32,000 nt of DNA from Sulfolobus virus STSV1, in the sequence record NC_006268.1; one strand, given 5' to 3'. The notes beneath the pieces are model-generated. The model was not told where the DNA came from and did no database searches. It saw only the letters and a program-made list of their open reading frames with translations. The position numbers and the translations under genes are program-made. This document shows positions 1 through 9,485 of the stretch, in pieces; positions within the stretch are counted from its first letter, which is position 1, and the number at the start of each line of letters is the position of its first letter.

Positions 1-171
1 GCTCCACCTAACAGTACAGCATTACCACCAAACATTGCTCAGCAAGTAAAAGCGAAACTAGAAGCATTATATCAACAGTTACTAGCTACAAGAGCGGCTG
101 CTAGTGAGGCAGCAAAAGCCCCAGCTTACACTAATCCAACTCCAGGCTTAACTATGCAGGCTAGTATGTAA
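1..171 (+). CDS. C-terminal fragment of a protein (5' truncated by the window), Ala/Gln-rich tail
   Basis: Frame +1 is open from base 1 to TAA at 169-171: APPNSTALPPNIAQQVKAKLEALYQQLLATRAAASEAAKAPAYTNPTPGLTMQASM. Same orientation as the next large ORF. Confidence 0.6.
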   Translation, partial: APPNSTALPPNIAQQVKAKLEALYQQLLATRAAASEAAKAPAYTNPTPGLTMQASM

Positions 172-249
172 AAGTAAAGCTAAAGTAATTTTTTTATATT
201 CTCTTCTTCTCAAGGAGACTTTTTTACCTTTGCGATATTAAATTAACGT

Positions 250-2472
250 ATGAGATTCAGAATAAGATACTTATTCATGTTGGCCTTTCTAATCTTTATC
301 ATTACAACGATTGCCTCTGCAGCTATCCAGCAGATAAACATCCTAGTCAACATTCCGCCATCTTTAACTGGAAACAACTTGTTTTTCGTCATTCCATTGA
401 AGGTTAATAATAGCGTAATAACCAATAATAATTTTTATGTTATCAATAACTATGGCTATTATGAATACTCTTATCTTTTCTCATCCACTCCACCACTATT
501 AACACTATACCAAGCACAAGCTACAAACACAACGTATTACGTTACGTTTGGAAACGGAATAACACCACAGTACGTTTCAACCAACATATACTCGAACCTT
601 TTCACATTCTATCTAATAAACACTACAATTTTTAATGTAAGTGGTGTTACAGCAAGCGCTGGAATTGCGACTTTTGCGAATAACAGTCACCTATGGTTCC
701 AACCATCTACATCCCGTTACATTCCGTCTTCAGTCCTATTCCTTTACAACATTTTACCGTCAGCAACCTTATCTGTTAGCCCATTAATATACTCTGGCCA
801 ACCATTACAGGCTGGCGCTGCAGTATTCTTTAACCTATTTCAATCATCAACTACATACACGTTCTCAGCACAATACTTGAACGTACCTTACCTTTTCCTA
901 AATTACATACAATATCCTACACTACAAATAACTAACAATCAGGTAGCAATCAACAATTTCCCACCAGTGCCAGTAAAGCCGGTCTCCGAAGTGATAGTAA
1001 CTCAAAATCAAACCATCGTGTCAAACGTTACCTTCCACACTACTCCAATTATCACACCTTCATCATCATTCTCAACAACTTATATAGCAGCTTTTGCAGC
1101 AATCTATTCTCAAACTGGTTCATCCGTTTATGGTTTAGCCCCACTCATCTTCACTCAATCAATGATAAATGGTTCTAACCTATACGCAGTAGAAAATGGA
1201 AAATTTGTAACTGTGGGTACTGCGCCCTCATCCTTATCCTTAGTCAACAATCCGCAAATGTTTGTAATAAACTTAGGTAATAATGCAAAGAACATAACAT
1301 TGTATGGAGTTCCAATAGGCTCTACAATTGCCGTAACGTATTCAAATAGTACAACTAAAACGTTTATTGCACAAGGGCAAGTAGTTAATAACGTTGGTCC
1401 ATTGAAGTTAACTAACTATGGTATTCCAGCTGGTAGTGGAATTACTACGATGGTAATCACTTTGCCAGGCTCTCAAGACATTTACACTGCGCAAATAGGC
1501 TTTACCGATTTTGTTCATGCTTTTTATGTGAATTTAACAAATGGTTTTGCAACCGTAGATGTTAATGGCACACAATTAGTTACACTTGGGCAAGTAGTTT
1601 TACCAGCAAATATTGTTATTGGAACACAGCAAGTTGGTTCAAACACTTACCTTCTTGGCCTTGTACAATCATACACTGGACAAGTTTATAATTTCTTAGT
1701 ACCACTAAACTATCCAGTCTATAACGTTGTACCTTACGTAAAATATGTGACATACACTGGCCAACCATTGTTATTAACTGAAATAGGCGTTTATCCAGCG
1801 AATGGTTTGTTCTACACTTTAAATGGACAAATTAAGCTTAGTGTTTCCACGCCTTATCCAATTACTGCTACAGTGGAAACAATAGTTACATCGCCTGGCT
1901 TAACGCTTTCGATTAATAATGGTAAAGTAAACGTTTATACTAATTCTTCTACATCTTCTTCAAACTTGGTAATAGAAGGGGCAAATGGTTACCAGCTACA
2001 GTTGATTTATCAAAACGTACAAACTACTACCCCAATAACATCAAACTACTACTCAGTTCAGATACCTTCAAATATGCCGGCCTTAGTTTCAGTTGATCCA
2101 TCATCAAGAGTTATTATTGTTAATGCTAATGCTATCCAGCAGCAACAGGCACAATACATTAACCAAAAAGTAACTCTAAACCAACCATTAAACGTGACAA
2201 TAGCCCAATTGCAAATTACACCAATAAAAGTACAATTGCCAACAGTTAGTACTAACCAAATAGTTCAAATTGTTACGAACTATGCCTATGCGGCATTTGG
2301 AATTTACTTGATAAATAGAAACCTTGAAATTACAAACACATTATGGTATGGTTCAATGCTCTTGAGTTTACTGGGATTCATTGTAGCTATAGTAATTTCA
2401 GACAAAGCATTAACAGCTATGTCATTGTTACTACTTGTAGTTAGCTTTGGTTTAAGATATATTGGAAAATAG
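250..2472 (+). CDS. Predicted secreted/membrane-anchored virion surface protein (740 aa), probably N-glycosylated
   Basis: N-terminal hydrophobic signal segment (MRFRIRYLFMLAFLIFIITTIASA), many N-x-S/T sequons, beta-rich composition, C-terminal hydrophobic segments (YGSMLLSLLGFIVAIVISDKALTAMSLLLLVVSFGL). Confidence 0.8.
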   Translation: MRFRIRYLFMLAFLIFIITTIASAAIQQINILVNIPPSLTGNNLFFVIPLKVNNSVITNNNFYVINNYGYYEYSYLFSSTPPLLTLYQAQATNTTYYVTFGNGITPQYVSTNIYSNLFTFYLINTTIFNVSGVTASAGIATFANNSHLWFQPSTSRYIPSSVLFLYNILPSATLSVSPLIYSGQPLQAGAAVFFNLFQSSTTYTFSAQYLNVPYLFLNYIQYPTLQITNNQVAINNFPPVPVKPVSEVIVTQNQTIVSNVTFHTTPIITPSSSFSTTYIAAFAAIYSQTGSSVYGLAPLIFTQSMINGSNLYAVENGKFVTVGTAPSSLSLVNNPQMFVINLGNNAKNITLYGVPIGSTIAVTYSNSTTKTFIAQGQVVNNVGPLKLTNYGIPAGSGITTMVITLPGSQDIYTAQIGFTDFVHAFYVNLTNGFATVDVNGTQLVTLGQVVLPANIVIGTQQVGSNTYLLGLVQSYTGQVYNFLVPLNYPVYNVVPYVKYVTYTGQPLLLTEIGVYPANGLFYTLNGQIKLSVSTPYPITATVETIVTSPGLTLSINNGKVNVYTNSSTSSSNLVIEGANGYQLQLIYQNVQTTTPITSNYYSVQIPSNMPALVSVDPSSRVIIVNANAIQQQQAQYINQKVTLNQPLNVTIAQLQITPIKVQLPTVSTNQIVQIVTNYAYAAFGIYLINRNLEITNTLWYGSMLLSLLGFIVAIVISDKALTAMSLLLLVVSFGLRYIGK

Positions 2473-2473
2473 A

Positions 2474-3124
2474 TCAAAAGAGAACTGGCCTTGCGCCAAG
2501 CAATGGCGCCCTATATAAGAAGAATGCTTTTGGTGCCAACAATATTAATTCAGCATCTCTTGTTGTTGGATCCATATACGCATAACCAAAAACTTCATAT
2601 TTTAACCTCCATTTTTCTTTATCTGGTGTGAAATAGGTTTCCATTGAAAATTGTGATGCTGGTGATGCTGTTTCTGTTAGCACACAATGCTGGCCTTGTA
2701 CTTCGTCACAAAGCGTGAAGAGTTTGCGTAGTATTCTTGGACTCTTATCTTTTTGCCTAAGTTTTTCTAACTTTTCTAGCGCAATATCTGAGAGATTTGC
2801 ACGTATATAAACTAAAACCTTTGCTGGCTCGTAATTTGCCAGAGTGTTAATAAATAGTGAAAGATTGATTGGTGTTTGCATACGCATTTTATACACACGT
2901 TTTAACTCCCCAGTTAAAATAAAACCGAAAGGTCTGGCCTCTTTTACCAGTGGTTTTAACAAATACAGTTTAGGTTTCGTGTAGGATTTCAAAATGTCAA
3001 CTGTATAGGGCAAGTATGATAATTTCGGCGTTAAGGTTGTTTTTGGTTTTGATTTTTTTGAAAAAATCATATTACTCATGCTCCAAAATTGTATATTTTG
3101 GATACTCTTTAGGTATTTTTTCAC
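2474..3124 (-). CDS. Uncharacterised protein (216 aa)
   Basis: Long ORF on the minus strand, convergent and nearly abutting the preceding gene; N-terminus overlaps the next minus-strand ORF, so the true start may be internal. Confidence 0.6.
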   Translation of the reverse strand: MKKYLKSIQNIQFWSMSNMIFSKKSKPKTTLTPKLSYLPYTVDILKSYTKPKLYLLKPLVKEARPFGFILTGELKRVYKMRMQTPINLSLFINTLANYEPAKVLVYIRANLSDIALEKLEKLRQKDKSPRILRKLFTLCDEVQGQHCVLTETASPASQFSMETYFTPDKEKWRLKYEVFGYAYMDPTTRDAELILLAPKAFFLYRAPLLGARPVLF

Positions 3125-3560
3125 ATGGCACTACGTAAATACGTAAGAGATCTTCTAGTCTTGAATCATTCGTGGTTATTTTCGCAATTTGCTCAATCTC
3201 AATGCATGTTTCCCCTCCTTTATGGTCATTAGCAGTAGTATATGTAATTTTGATTATAACGTGATTTATATCCTTAAGAGGATATGATTTTACAGAAGTA
3301 ACTATAGCATCTTTTGGAATAGGATAAAGCGAACCAAGTCTACTAACAAGACCGCTAACTATCGTGAACTTGATAAGTTCACGTTCCCTTGGATCATCAA
3401 AAGCCTGTAAAAACAAGTGTAAATCGTATGTAAATACTCTTCCAGGGTTCTTGTCTAGTAGTAACACGTTTTTAAAAATTTGAACAATAAAAGTAATATC
3501 AAACGGAGACTTTTGACCTTGCATACTAGCCTTTCGTTCAGCTGTTGTAGCTTCTGCCAT
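3072..3560 (-). CDS. Uncharacterised protein (162 aa)
   Basis: ORF with balanced composition in the minus-strand cluster. Confidence 0.65.
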   Translation of the reverse strand: MAEATTAERKASMQGQKSPFDITFIVQIFKNVLLLDKNPGRVFTYDLHLFLQAFDDPRERELIKFTIVSGLVSRLGSLYPIPKDAIVTSVKSYPLKDINHVIIKITYTTANDHKGGETCIEIEQIAKITTNDSRLEDLLRIYVVPCEKIPKEYPKYTILEHE

Positions 3561-3589
3561 ACCTATTTATTATATCATTGAGTTTATAT

Positions 3590-3997
3590 TTATTGTGATT
3601 CTTGTCTTCTTATTGCAGTAGCTAAACCTAGCATAAAGAAGGCAGCTAAGAAAATGACAATAGTAATTACAATTATATTTAACCCTATACTCCCTTGTGT
3701 TGCAAATGCCTGTTGCTGATGTATTGCCTTATTATAATATTGCTCTCCTTCTGCTGAGATGTTGCCAGTAATTTGATAGCCAATTTTATCAAGAGTTGTT
3801 ACTTGTGAAAGCAGGAGATCAGCAACAAAGTATAATGTAGGGATAAAGATGGCTAGAACTATCAGTATCTTTATATAAACTGATGAGATCTTTGATGCAC
3901 TGTCGTCGCTGCCACTCATATTTAAAAGTTTGAAAAACAAAGTATTAAATATGATAGCTAAATCCAGTGGCTCATCACCACCATTTTCAACATTCAA
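3590..3997 (-). CDS. Small membrane protein with two predicted TM helices
   Basis: Hydrophobic segments KILIVLAIFIPTLYFVADLLL and IGLNIIVITIVIFLAAFFMLGLA. The start may be the internal Met at ~3918 (MSGSDDSASK), since the 5' end overlaps a plus-strand ORF. Confidence 0.6.
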   Translation of the reverse strand: MNVENGGDEPLDLAIIFNTLFFKLLNMSGSDDSASKISSVYIKILIVLAIFIPTLYFVADLLLSQVTTLDKIGYQITGNISAEGEQYYNKAIHQQQAFATQGSIGLNIIVITIVIFLAAFFMLGLATAIRRQESQ

Positions 3998-4349
3998 CGA
4001 CTCAGCACCACCATACTCAACGACAACGTATATACTTCTCCTTATCCTGGCTCCAATAGTAACATTATTGCTTTACTATTTATTTTCTACTATGATTCCG
4101 CAATTCCTCAAAGTAAATAATGAGTTGGCGACAGTATTATCAAATGTGACAAATAATACGGTAAACGAATATACTGTTGGTAATGTAACTGTTGAATATT
4201 TGAATGGAAGTTATAATAATGCAGTAAGCCCATTAGCAGTAACAGTGGCATTCTTTTCATATTTGCTGACTAGCCCATATACAATAGCAATACTGTTTGG
4301 TATTGCATTAATTTTCTACGCATTATTTTCAATTAAAAGAAGAGGCTAA
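3930..4349 (+). CDS. Small membrane protein with two predicted TM helices flanking a glycosylatable loop
   Basis: TM-like YILLLILAPIVTLLLYYLF and YTIAILFGIALIFYALF, with an intervening loop containing N-V-T, N-N-T, N-V-T and N-G-S. Start codon uncertain. Confidence 0.6.
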   Translation: MKNKVLNMIAKSSGSSPPFSTFNDSAPPYSTTTYILLLILAPIVTLLLYYLFSTMIPQFLKVNNELATVLSNVTNNTVNEYTVGNVTVEYLNGSYNNAVSPLAVTVAFFSYLLTSPYTIAILFGIALIFYALFSIKRRG

Positions 4350-4382
4350 AGGCTTATTATTTTTTCTTTCCTATTTTTACTT

Positions 4383-4517
4383 ATGACGAAAAAAGATAAG
4401 GAAGAAGAACAACAAGCTACAAAAGCAACTGAGAGAGTGGTTATCGCAAGAGTAGATCCTCTACTGATTGTTAAAAGTTTAGAGGTTACTAAAAGTTTAG
4501 AACAGACAAAGGACTAA
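4383..4517 (+). CDS. 44-aa mini-ORF paralogous to the N-terminus of the following 182-aa protein
   Basis: Not in the supplied track. Translation MTKKDKEEEQQATKATERVVIARVDPLLIVKSLEVTKSLEQTKD* aligns with MAKKENEQQQAAKASEKSIVARLDPLLVARSLEQA of the downstream ORF. Confidence 0.65.
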   Translation: MTKKDKEEEQQATKATERVVIARVDPLLIVKSLEVTKSLEQTKD

Positions 4518-4548
4518 GATTTATTATTTTTATTTCCTAATTACAAAT

Positions 4549-5097
4549 ATGGCAAAAAAGGAGAATGAACAACAACAGGCTGCGAAAGCATCTGAGAAAT
4601 CTATCGTAGCAAGGCTTGATCCTCTCCTAGTCGCTAGAAGCCTAGAACAAGCAGTAATGTCTGCACGAGTTCCTACAGACAACCTGGTGGAAAAGGATTT
4701 ACAAGCCGCTAACCAACTTGTAGCAGCAGTTGCAAAGGATATCGAAGAATTGGTAAAGCCAGTTTACCTTGAAGGATGGCAGAGATTCTCAATATCTGCA
4801 TCAACGCTAGAGGCAGACTTCAGTAGAATACTTACATCGATTCTTGAGGTGTTAGAATCATATCTCATTGAAATAAGGAAGTACATTCAAACAAGACTAA
4901 GAGAGGCCCTAGAGGCAAGAGATGTTGAAAAACTAAGACAATATGGCTATATGCTAACCATTTTACAAAGGGCTATCGTCATCGCAGTTTATAACATATT
5001 ACAATCTATTGTAGGTAAAATAAAGGTCAACTTGCCTCTAACATATGGTTCACAAGAATACAATCACGCTGTAATTGGAGTTGCGCACTTAGACTAA
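4549..5097 (+). CDS. Alpha-helical protein (182 aa), candidate virion component or DNA-binding structural protein
   Basis: ORF with charged Gln/Lys/Glu-rich N-terminus and long predicted helices; no recognised family. Confidence 0.7.
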   Translation: MAKKENEQQQAAKASEKSIVARLDPLLVARSLEQAVMSARVPTDNLVEKDLQAANQLVAAVAKDIEELVKPVYLEGWQRFSISASTLEADFSRILTSILEVLESYLIEIRKYIQTRLREALEARDVEKLRQYGYMLTILQRAIVIAVYNILQSIVGKIKVNLPLTYGSQEYNHAVIGVAHLD

Positions 5098-5233
5098 TTT
5101 TTTCGAACTTTTGAAACCATTTAATGCTTTATTTTTCACGTAATAAGTTCGAAGTTCCTGTATATAGCAAAAGTTAGAATTTCGAAAGTGAAAGTAGATG
5201 AGTGAAAACCTTTGGTAAATTTACTGAAGTCAT
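5095..5233. repeat. 139-bp dispersed direct repeat, copy A
   Basis: 133/139 identical, with no gaps, to 18622-18760. Starts at the TAA stop of the 182-aa ORF. Contains inverted repeat TTCGAACTT (5102-5110) / AAGTTCGAA (5145-5153). Confidence 0.9.
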
Positions 5234-5238
5234 GATAA

Positions 5239-5256
5239 TTCTGTAGATTTATAGAA
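5239..5256. promoter_or_regulatory. 18-bp dyad motif, single copy (TTCTGTAGATTTATAGAA)
   Basis: Variant of the recurrent intergenic motif TTCTGYAAATTKGTAGAA; 5 bp after repeat copy A. Confidence 0.55.
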
Positions 5257-5298
5257 CGACCTAGTTTATGCGGTAAAAAAGTAAAGTTTATTAAGAGA

Positions 5299-5535
5299 CT
5301 AACGATTTTTCTCATACAATACCAGCACTATGAAAATGCCAAAGAATCCTAAAATGGTAAATACAACGGTCCAAAAAGCATAAGGGCTTATTGAAGAGTA
5401 ATATGCCGAAGTAGAACCACCAGTCGCTTTCAAAACTGTTGAGTACATATCTTGTACTGCAATTGCAACATTTAAGATGATAATTGCAATTACTCCGAGT
5501 AAAACCATAGTCATGATAACATAAATGATATTCAT
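5299..5535 (-). CDS. Small membrane protein with two predicted TM helices (78 aa)
   Basis: Hydrophobic IIYVIMTMVLLGVIAIIILNVAIAV and FWTVVFTILGFFGIFIVLVLYE; overlaps the upstream gene by 4 bp (operon-like). Confidence 0.7.
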   Translation of the reverse strand: MNIIYVIMTMVLLGVIAIIILNVAIAVQDMYSTVLKATGGSTSAYYSSISPYAFWTVVFTILGFFGIFIVLVLYEKNR

Positions 5536-6158
5536 ATTTTTTTATCTGTCATCTGCAATTTTATTGCTTTCGCTCCAAATCTATACTTTGCAAGTATGAT
5601 GGATATCATTAAAATGTTCTCTGGAATCCCATCAGGGTACATAAATGGGAAGAACGGTATGTGTTGAATATCATATTTTGGTTTATGTATAGGTTCTTCA
5701 TCTACTGGGCAAATAGTACGATATTGTTTGTGTTTAATGAGAAAGTGAGTGATGAGATCGCTTAATTTTCTGACTGAATAGTCACAAACTGGGCAGAAGT
5801 AAGCTTCTGGGTTTGTGTTAAGCAACTCATCAAGGTTCAGGCTTGCCACTGTTCCAGCATGGTTCCTTCTCACCCAAATTACCAAACTTTTGTATGAAAA
5901 TGCTGGGATGTAGGCCTCATCAAACAAATATGTTAGAATGGCTTCCATTATAAAACGCTTATATTTTTTGTATTCACCAAAATCTGTTGTAAGCTCCTTT
6001 TCTATCCTTGTGAAATCTGGCGCTGAGTTATTTGAAATGTAGTATTTCAGTTTGTCTTCAAGGTACTTATCTGTCTTGTGATGTGTCTCAATTAGTATGT
6101 AATTATACTTTTTGTTGTACCTAACAATTGCTGGGATGTGAAGCTTCTTCAAAAACAT
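5532..6158 (-). CDS. Protein with a C2H2-type zinc-finger motif (208 aa)
   Basis: YFCPVCDYSVRKLSDLITHFLIKH: C-x2-C-x12-H-x4-H. Confidence 0.7.
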   Translation of the reverse strand: MFLKKLHIPAIVRYNKKYNYILIETHHKTDKYLEDKLKYYISNNSAPDFTRIEKELTTDFGEYKKYKRFIMEAILTYLFDEAYIPAFSYKSLVIWVRRNHAGTVASLNLDELLNTNPEAYFCPVCDYSVRKLSDLITHFLIKHKQYRTICPVDEEPIHKPKYDIQHIPFFPFMYPDGIPENILMISIILAKYRFGAKAIKLQMTDKKI

Positions 6159-6199
6159 GTATGCTAGTAGCTCGCTTTCCTCTTTGTCAGTTTTAATTG

Positions 6200-6823
6200 T
6201 TATTTGAAATGTGCCTTGATGAATTCCAACACACCTCCTACAACTTTAAGCATCTTGAGCGAATAATCAAAAAAATAGTCTGCGCGTAAAGCCTCCTCAA
6301 GGTTTTTCTCATTCACATCAAATATTGACATTATCTCTTGATAAAGCATCGTGCCCCTAATACGCAGTAATAAAGCCTTAGTCTTCTCGATTATTACTTG
6401 GTATGCTCTCAGTTTTGCCAGGTATTCAGACTTCTCCTTGTAGACTGTTTCCAAGTGTGACAGGATGTTCGAGGCTTCATTAACAACTGCCTCAATGTTA
6501 TAATCACTCGTATCTACAGTATCAATAACTAAATTTGTAATTGCTGGATTATTAGAAAATAAGGCAACACATAATTTTATAACATGAGCACGCTGTACAG
6601 CTTTATCATTGGTGCTCTCAAGAACTTTCTTAGTTTTTTCAAATAATGGCCTTAAATGTGGGTATGTTGACAAGAATAGTAATAGGCTGTTGTAAACTGA
6701 TATTGGGTGAGAAGATATTGTTAAGTTATTACACATGTTTAGTGCGAGAGAGATAGCATCTTTTCGTTTATCAAGATCTTGCGGTGCTGCTTCAGGCAAA
6801 AGATAATCTAGTTCGTCACTCAT
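6200..6823 (-). CDS. Uncharacterised helical protein (207 aa)
   Basis: ORF overlapping the ParB-like gene by 4 bp, indicating coupling. Confidence 0.7.
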   Translation of the reverse strand: MSDELDYLLPEAAPQDLDKRKDAISLALNMCNNLTISSHPISVYNSLLLFLSTYPHLRPLFEKTKKVLESTNDKAVQRAHVIKLCVALFSNNPAITNLVIDTVDTSDYNIEAVVNEASNILSHLETVYKEKSEYLAKLRAYQVIIEKTKALLLRIRGTMLYQEIMSIFDVNEKNLEEALRADYFFDYSLKMLKVVGGVLEFIKAHFK

Positions 6824-7806
6824 CTTTGCCCATCATCGCCATGACTTCTAATATTCTTCAAAACTTTTTTAGGCAATTCAGCTTCAAATACAGGCAGAAG
6901 GGCATCATAAAGTTGTTTTGGCAATACTACAATAGCGCCGTTTTTTGCCCTTTCTTCAATGCTAGTAATGTAATCATCAAGCTTTGCGATATTAATCAAT
7001 CTTGTCCTTTTCTTAAACTTCTTTACCTTTTCGCGCAACTTATTTTCCATTAATTCCTTCACAGTTTTCATATATTCGTCTTTGTCCTTGATTTGTGATA
7101 GAAGTAGCTTATACTTAGAAAAGAAAGATGGGCCATTCTGCAAAAGCAAATCTACGTCTTCTTTTGTCAACTTCTCGCGTACTGGTATAGGTATTGCTTT
7201 GGCCATCGCTGAAACGTTAGTGGGATAAAGGTTGTGGTATTTCAGATACTCGCTTAGTTTTCTGAAGAGGACTGGATATTTTTTGAAGTGTTTTATTATT
7301 AAATCAAAAGTTCTTACGCTTAAGTCAACATTAGTCTCTTCAAGTAGCTCTATAGTATCATGATATGGGAGATTTACCCTTTCTCTCAATTCTTGTAATT
7401 TAGAATAATATTCAAGCAATTGGCCCCTATCTATTGCCTTCCTAACGAAATTGACTGCGTAAGCTATTAGTTCTAGCTGATCTTCTGAACCATACACTAT
7501 TCTGACTGGGACCATTACTTTATCCCATTTCCCATCGTAAAGCTCACGTAATGCATAATATCTAACGTAACCATCAATTAATAGGAAACGATCTTTGCTT
7601 GTCTTATCTTCTGTTACGATGAGGGGTTGAAGAAGTGATTCTTTTTGTATGCTTTCTTTCATCTTTTGGATTTCATCTTCTCTTCTCGGGAAAAGCGTTG
7701 CAAACTTAGGATGCTCGAAAATGTACGATAAGGGAACGTTTGTTGAAACTGTGTTAGAAAGTATGTTAAGCTCCTTGAGTTTATCTAGCAATTCTACTGT
7801 AGCCAC
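6820..7806 (-). CDS. ParB/Srx-fold-like protein (328 aa)
   Basis: EDEIQKMKESIQKESLLQPLIVTEDKTSKDRFLLIDGYVRYYALRELYDGKWDKVMVPVRI resembles the ParB N-terminal nuclease/CTPase-like domain (Q-P-[LI]-[IV]-V...DG..R..A...L), followed by a helical HTH-like region. Confidence 0.65.
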   Translation of the reverse strand: MATVELLDKLKELNILSNTVSTNVPLSYIFEHPKFATLFPRREDEIQKMKESIQKESLLQPLIVTEDKTSKDRFLLIDGYVRYYALRELYDGKWDKVMVPVRIVYGSEDQLELIAYAVNFVRKAIDRGQLLEYYSKLQELRERVNLPYHDTIELLEETNVDLSVRTFDLIIKHFKKYPVLFRKLSEYLKYHNLYPTNVSAMAKAIPIPVREKLTKEDVDLLLQNGPSFFSKYKLLLSQIKDKDEYMKTVKELMENKLREKVKKFKKRTRLINIAKLDDYITSIEERAKNGAIVVLPKQLYDALLPVFEAELPKKVLKNIRSHGDDGQR

Positions 7807-7894
7807 GTGATGTTATTATGCTTTAAATGCTTAAATATTTGCCTCTGAAAAAAATGCAAAATATAAAGAAAAATTGTGAATTGAATTCACAAAA

Positions 7895-9475
7895 TTATGC
7901 AATCAGCTTTGAATTAATTGTATCTATAAAATCTCTAAAACCTTGCTCGTCACTAATTATTGTTGGTGGGGGTTTTAAATCTTTCGCCAACTTCGTGTAT
8001 TGTATCATATCTTGTTTACAGTTTGTTTCAGCTGGGAAGCATATCTTTCCAGCATCAAAGGGTAAATCGAGCGTATTTGCCAAAATCGCTAAGAATGTCC
8101 TATAAACACTGTAAGGATCATAAGGATTTTCTGCAATAAGGCTTGCAATTGTTGATTGCAGTTTTGCTCTTAGCAAATCGTCGTAAAACGTGGTTGTTGA
8201 GATTTGCGCTATTTTTATCAATTCAACAGCCATATCACCAATTATCAACACAAACTTACTACTCTCTGTTTGCAACAAATGGTCTAGTACTTCAAGGTAG
8301 TAATGAGTGAATTTGGGCAGTGTGATTACACTAAGTGCATCTCTAAATAGCTCTACCGTGTTAAAATAATCCAGCGGAGTAGCGCCAATTGTTGGAGTGA
8401 AAAGCGGCTTGTTACAAACTTCACTGAAATATGCTACTACAAGTGTTTTATATAATGGAACATGCTTTGTTATAAAGGAAATACGTAATGGTGAAGAATC
8501 ACACCTTATTCCTAAATTTTCTTGGAAGAAGCGAGTTAATAGCCTTTTTCCTTCATCTGGTATAGGCTTTTGTGTAATTAGCCTTGATACTCCCCTCGTG
8601 TTTTCCATACTTCCAGTGTATGTTCCAAGTGTAAGGATTTGATCAATCATCCTAAAGGAAAGGCCTCGATTTACTGCTAATCTAGCAAACTCATCAATTC
8701 CTAATTCCATGCCTTTGAATTTCACAGCGCCAGAATGTTTTATAACGAGGTAGGAGAATATCGCTTCGTAGTCTGGGAGTGGGAATGGTACCTGAATATT
8801 GAAACGTGAAATAATTGCTTGATCGAGAGTGTCAAGCTTCACGTTTGTTGTTGCAATTACTGCAATATGCTGTTTAGTCTTTTTCCACAAATTAAGCCTC
8901 TCTAAAACTTGGTTTGTCAAATTTAAAGAAAGTGCTCCATATCCTTCTTCAGCATTAGTTGGTCTAGTACGTAAAAGCCATTCACCATCATCAAAAACTA
9001 CAATTGAAGGTTGTTCACTTTCAGCCTTAATAAAAAGTTCTTCCAATTTCCTTTCCGATTCGCCTACAAATTTGCTCAAAGAGGAATAAGGCCTTATCCA
9101 TACTGTTGTGAAACCATAGTACTTTGAAAGAATTTCGGCAATGCTTGTTTTTCCAGTTCCTGGCGCTCCATAAAGTAGAACTGATTGAAAAGGATTCTTA
9201 AGAAGAATATCGATTACATCTCCTATTTCCTTTGGAAAAATATAATAATTGACACTGTCTGGGCTGGCTACTCTATAAATACGATTAAAACGCAAGTCTC
9301 TCTTTTCAATCTTAACTTCGGGAATTAACTTTATGTTGCCTGGATGAGCAGCAAACCACGTTTGGTTAAAAACACAAGGATCTGGCTCAACAAAACGTAC
9401 GCCTTCGGTTTCAGAAGAAATTACTTGGCCGTCTTTAATACTTCTAGTGGTGATAAGCTTTTCGCAAATCTCCAC
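7895..9475 (-). CDS. AAA+ ATPase (526 aa)
   Basis: Walker A VLLYGAPGTGKTS; Walker B-like SIVVFDDGEWLL; sensor-1-like IAVIATTN; arginine-finger region DQAIISRF. Confidence 0.9.
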   Translation of the reverse strand: MEICEKLITTRSIKDGQVISSETEGVRFVEPDPCVFNQTWFAAHPGNIKLIPEVKIEKRDLRFNRIYRVASPDSVNYYIFPKEIGDVIDILLKNPFQSVLLYGAPGTGKTSIAEILSKYYGFTTVWIRPYSSLSKFVGESERKLEELFIKAESEQPSIVVFDDGEWLLRTRPTNAEEGYGALSLNLTNQVLERLNLWKKTKQHIAVIATTNVKLDTLDQAIISRFNIQVPFPLPDYEAIFSYLVIKHSGAVKFKGMELGIDEFARLAVNRGLSFRMIDQILTLGTYTGSMENTRGVSRLITQKPIPDEGKRLLTRFFQENLGIRCDSSPLRISFITKHVPLYKTLVVAYFSEVCNKPLFTPTIGATPLDYFNTVELFRDALSVITLPKFTHYYLEVLDHLLQTESSKFVLIIGDMAVELIKIAQISTTTFYDDLLRAKLQSTIASLIAENPYDPYSVYRTFLAILANTLDLPFDAGKICFPAETNCKQDMIQYTKLAKDLKPPPTIISDEQGFRDFIDTINSKLIA

Positions 9476-9485
9476 ATTACCACCT

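Noticed and set aside
243-425. Minus-strand 60-aa ORF
   Set aside because: Fully antisense to the start of the 740-aa surface protein gene; no supporting features.
6784-7053. Plus-strand 89-aa ORF
   Set aside because: Antisense to the ParB-like gene and rich in Phe/Ser/Leu, typical of shadow ORFs here.
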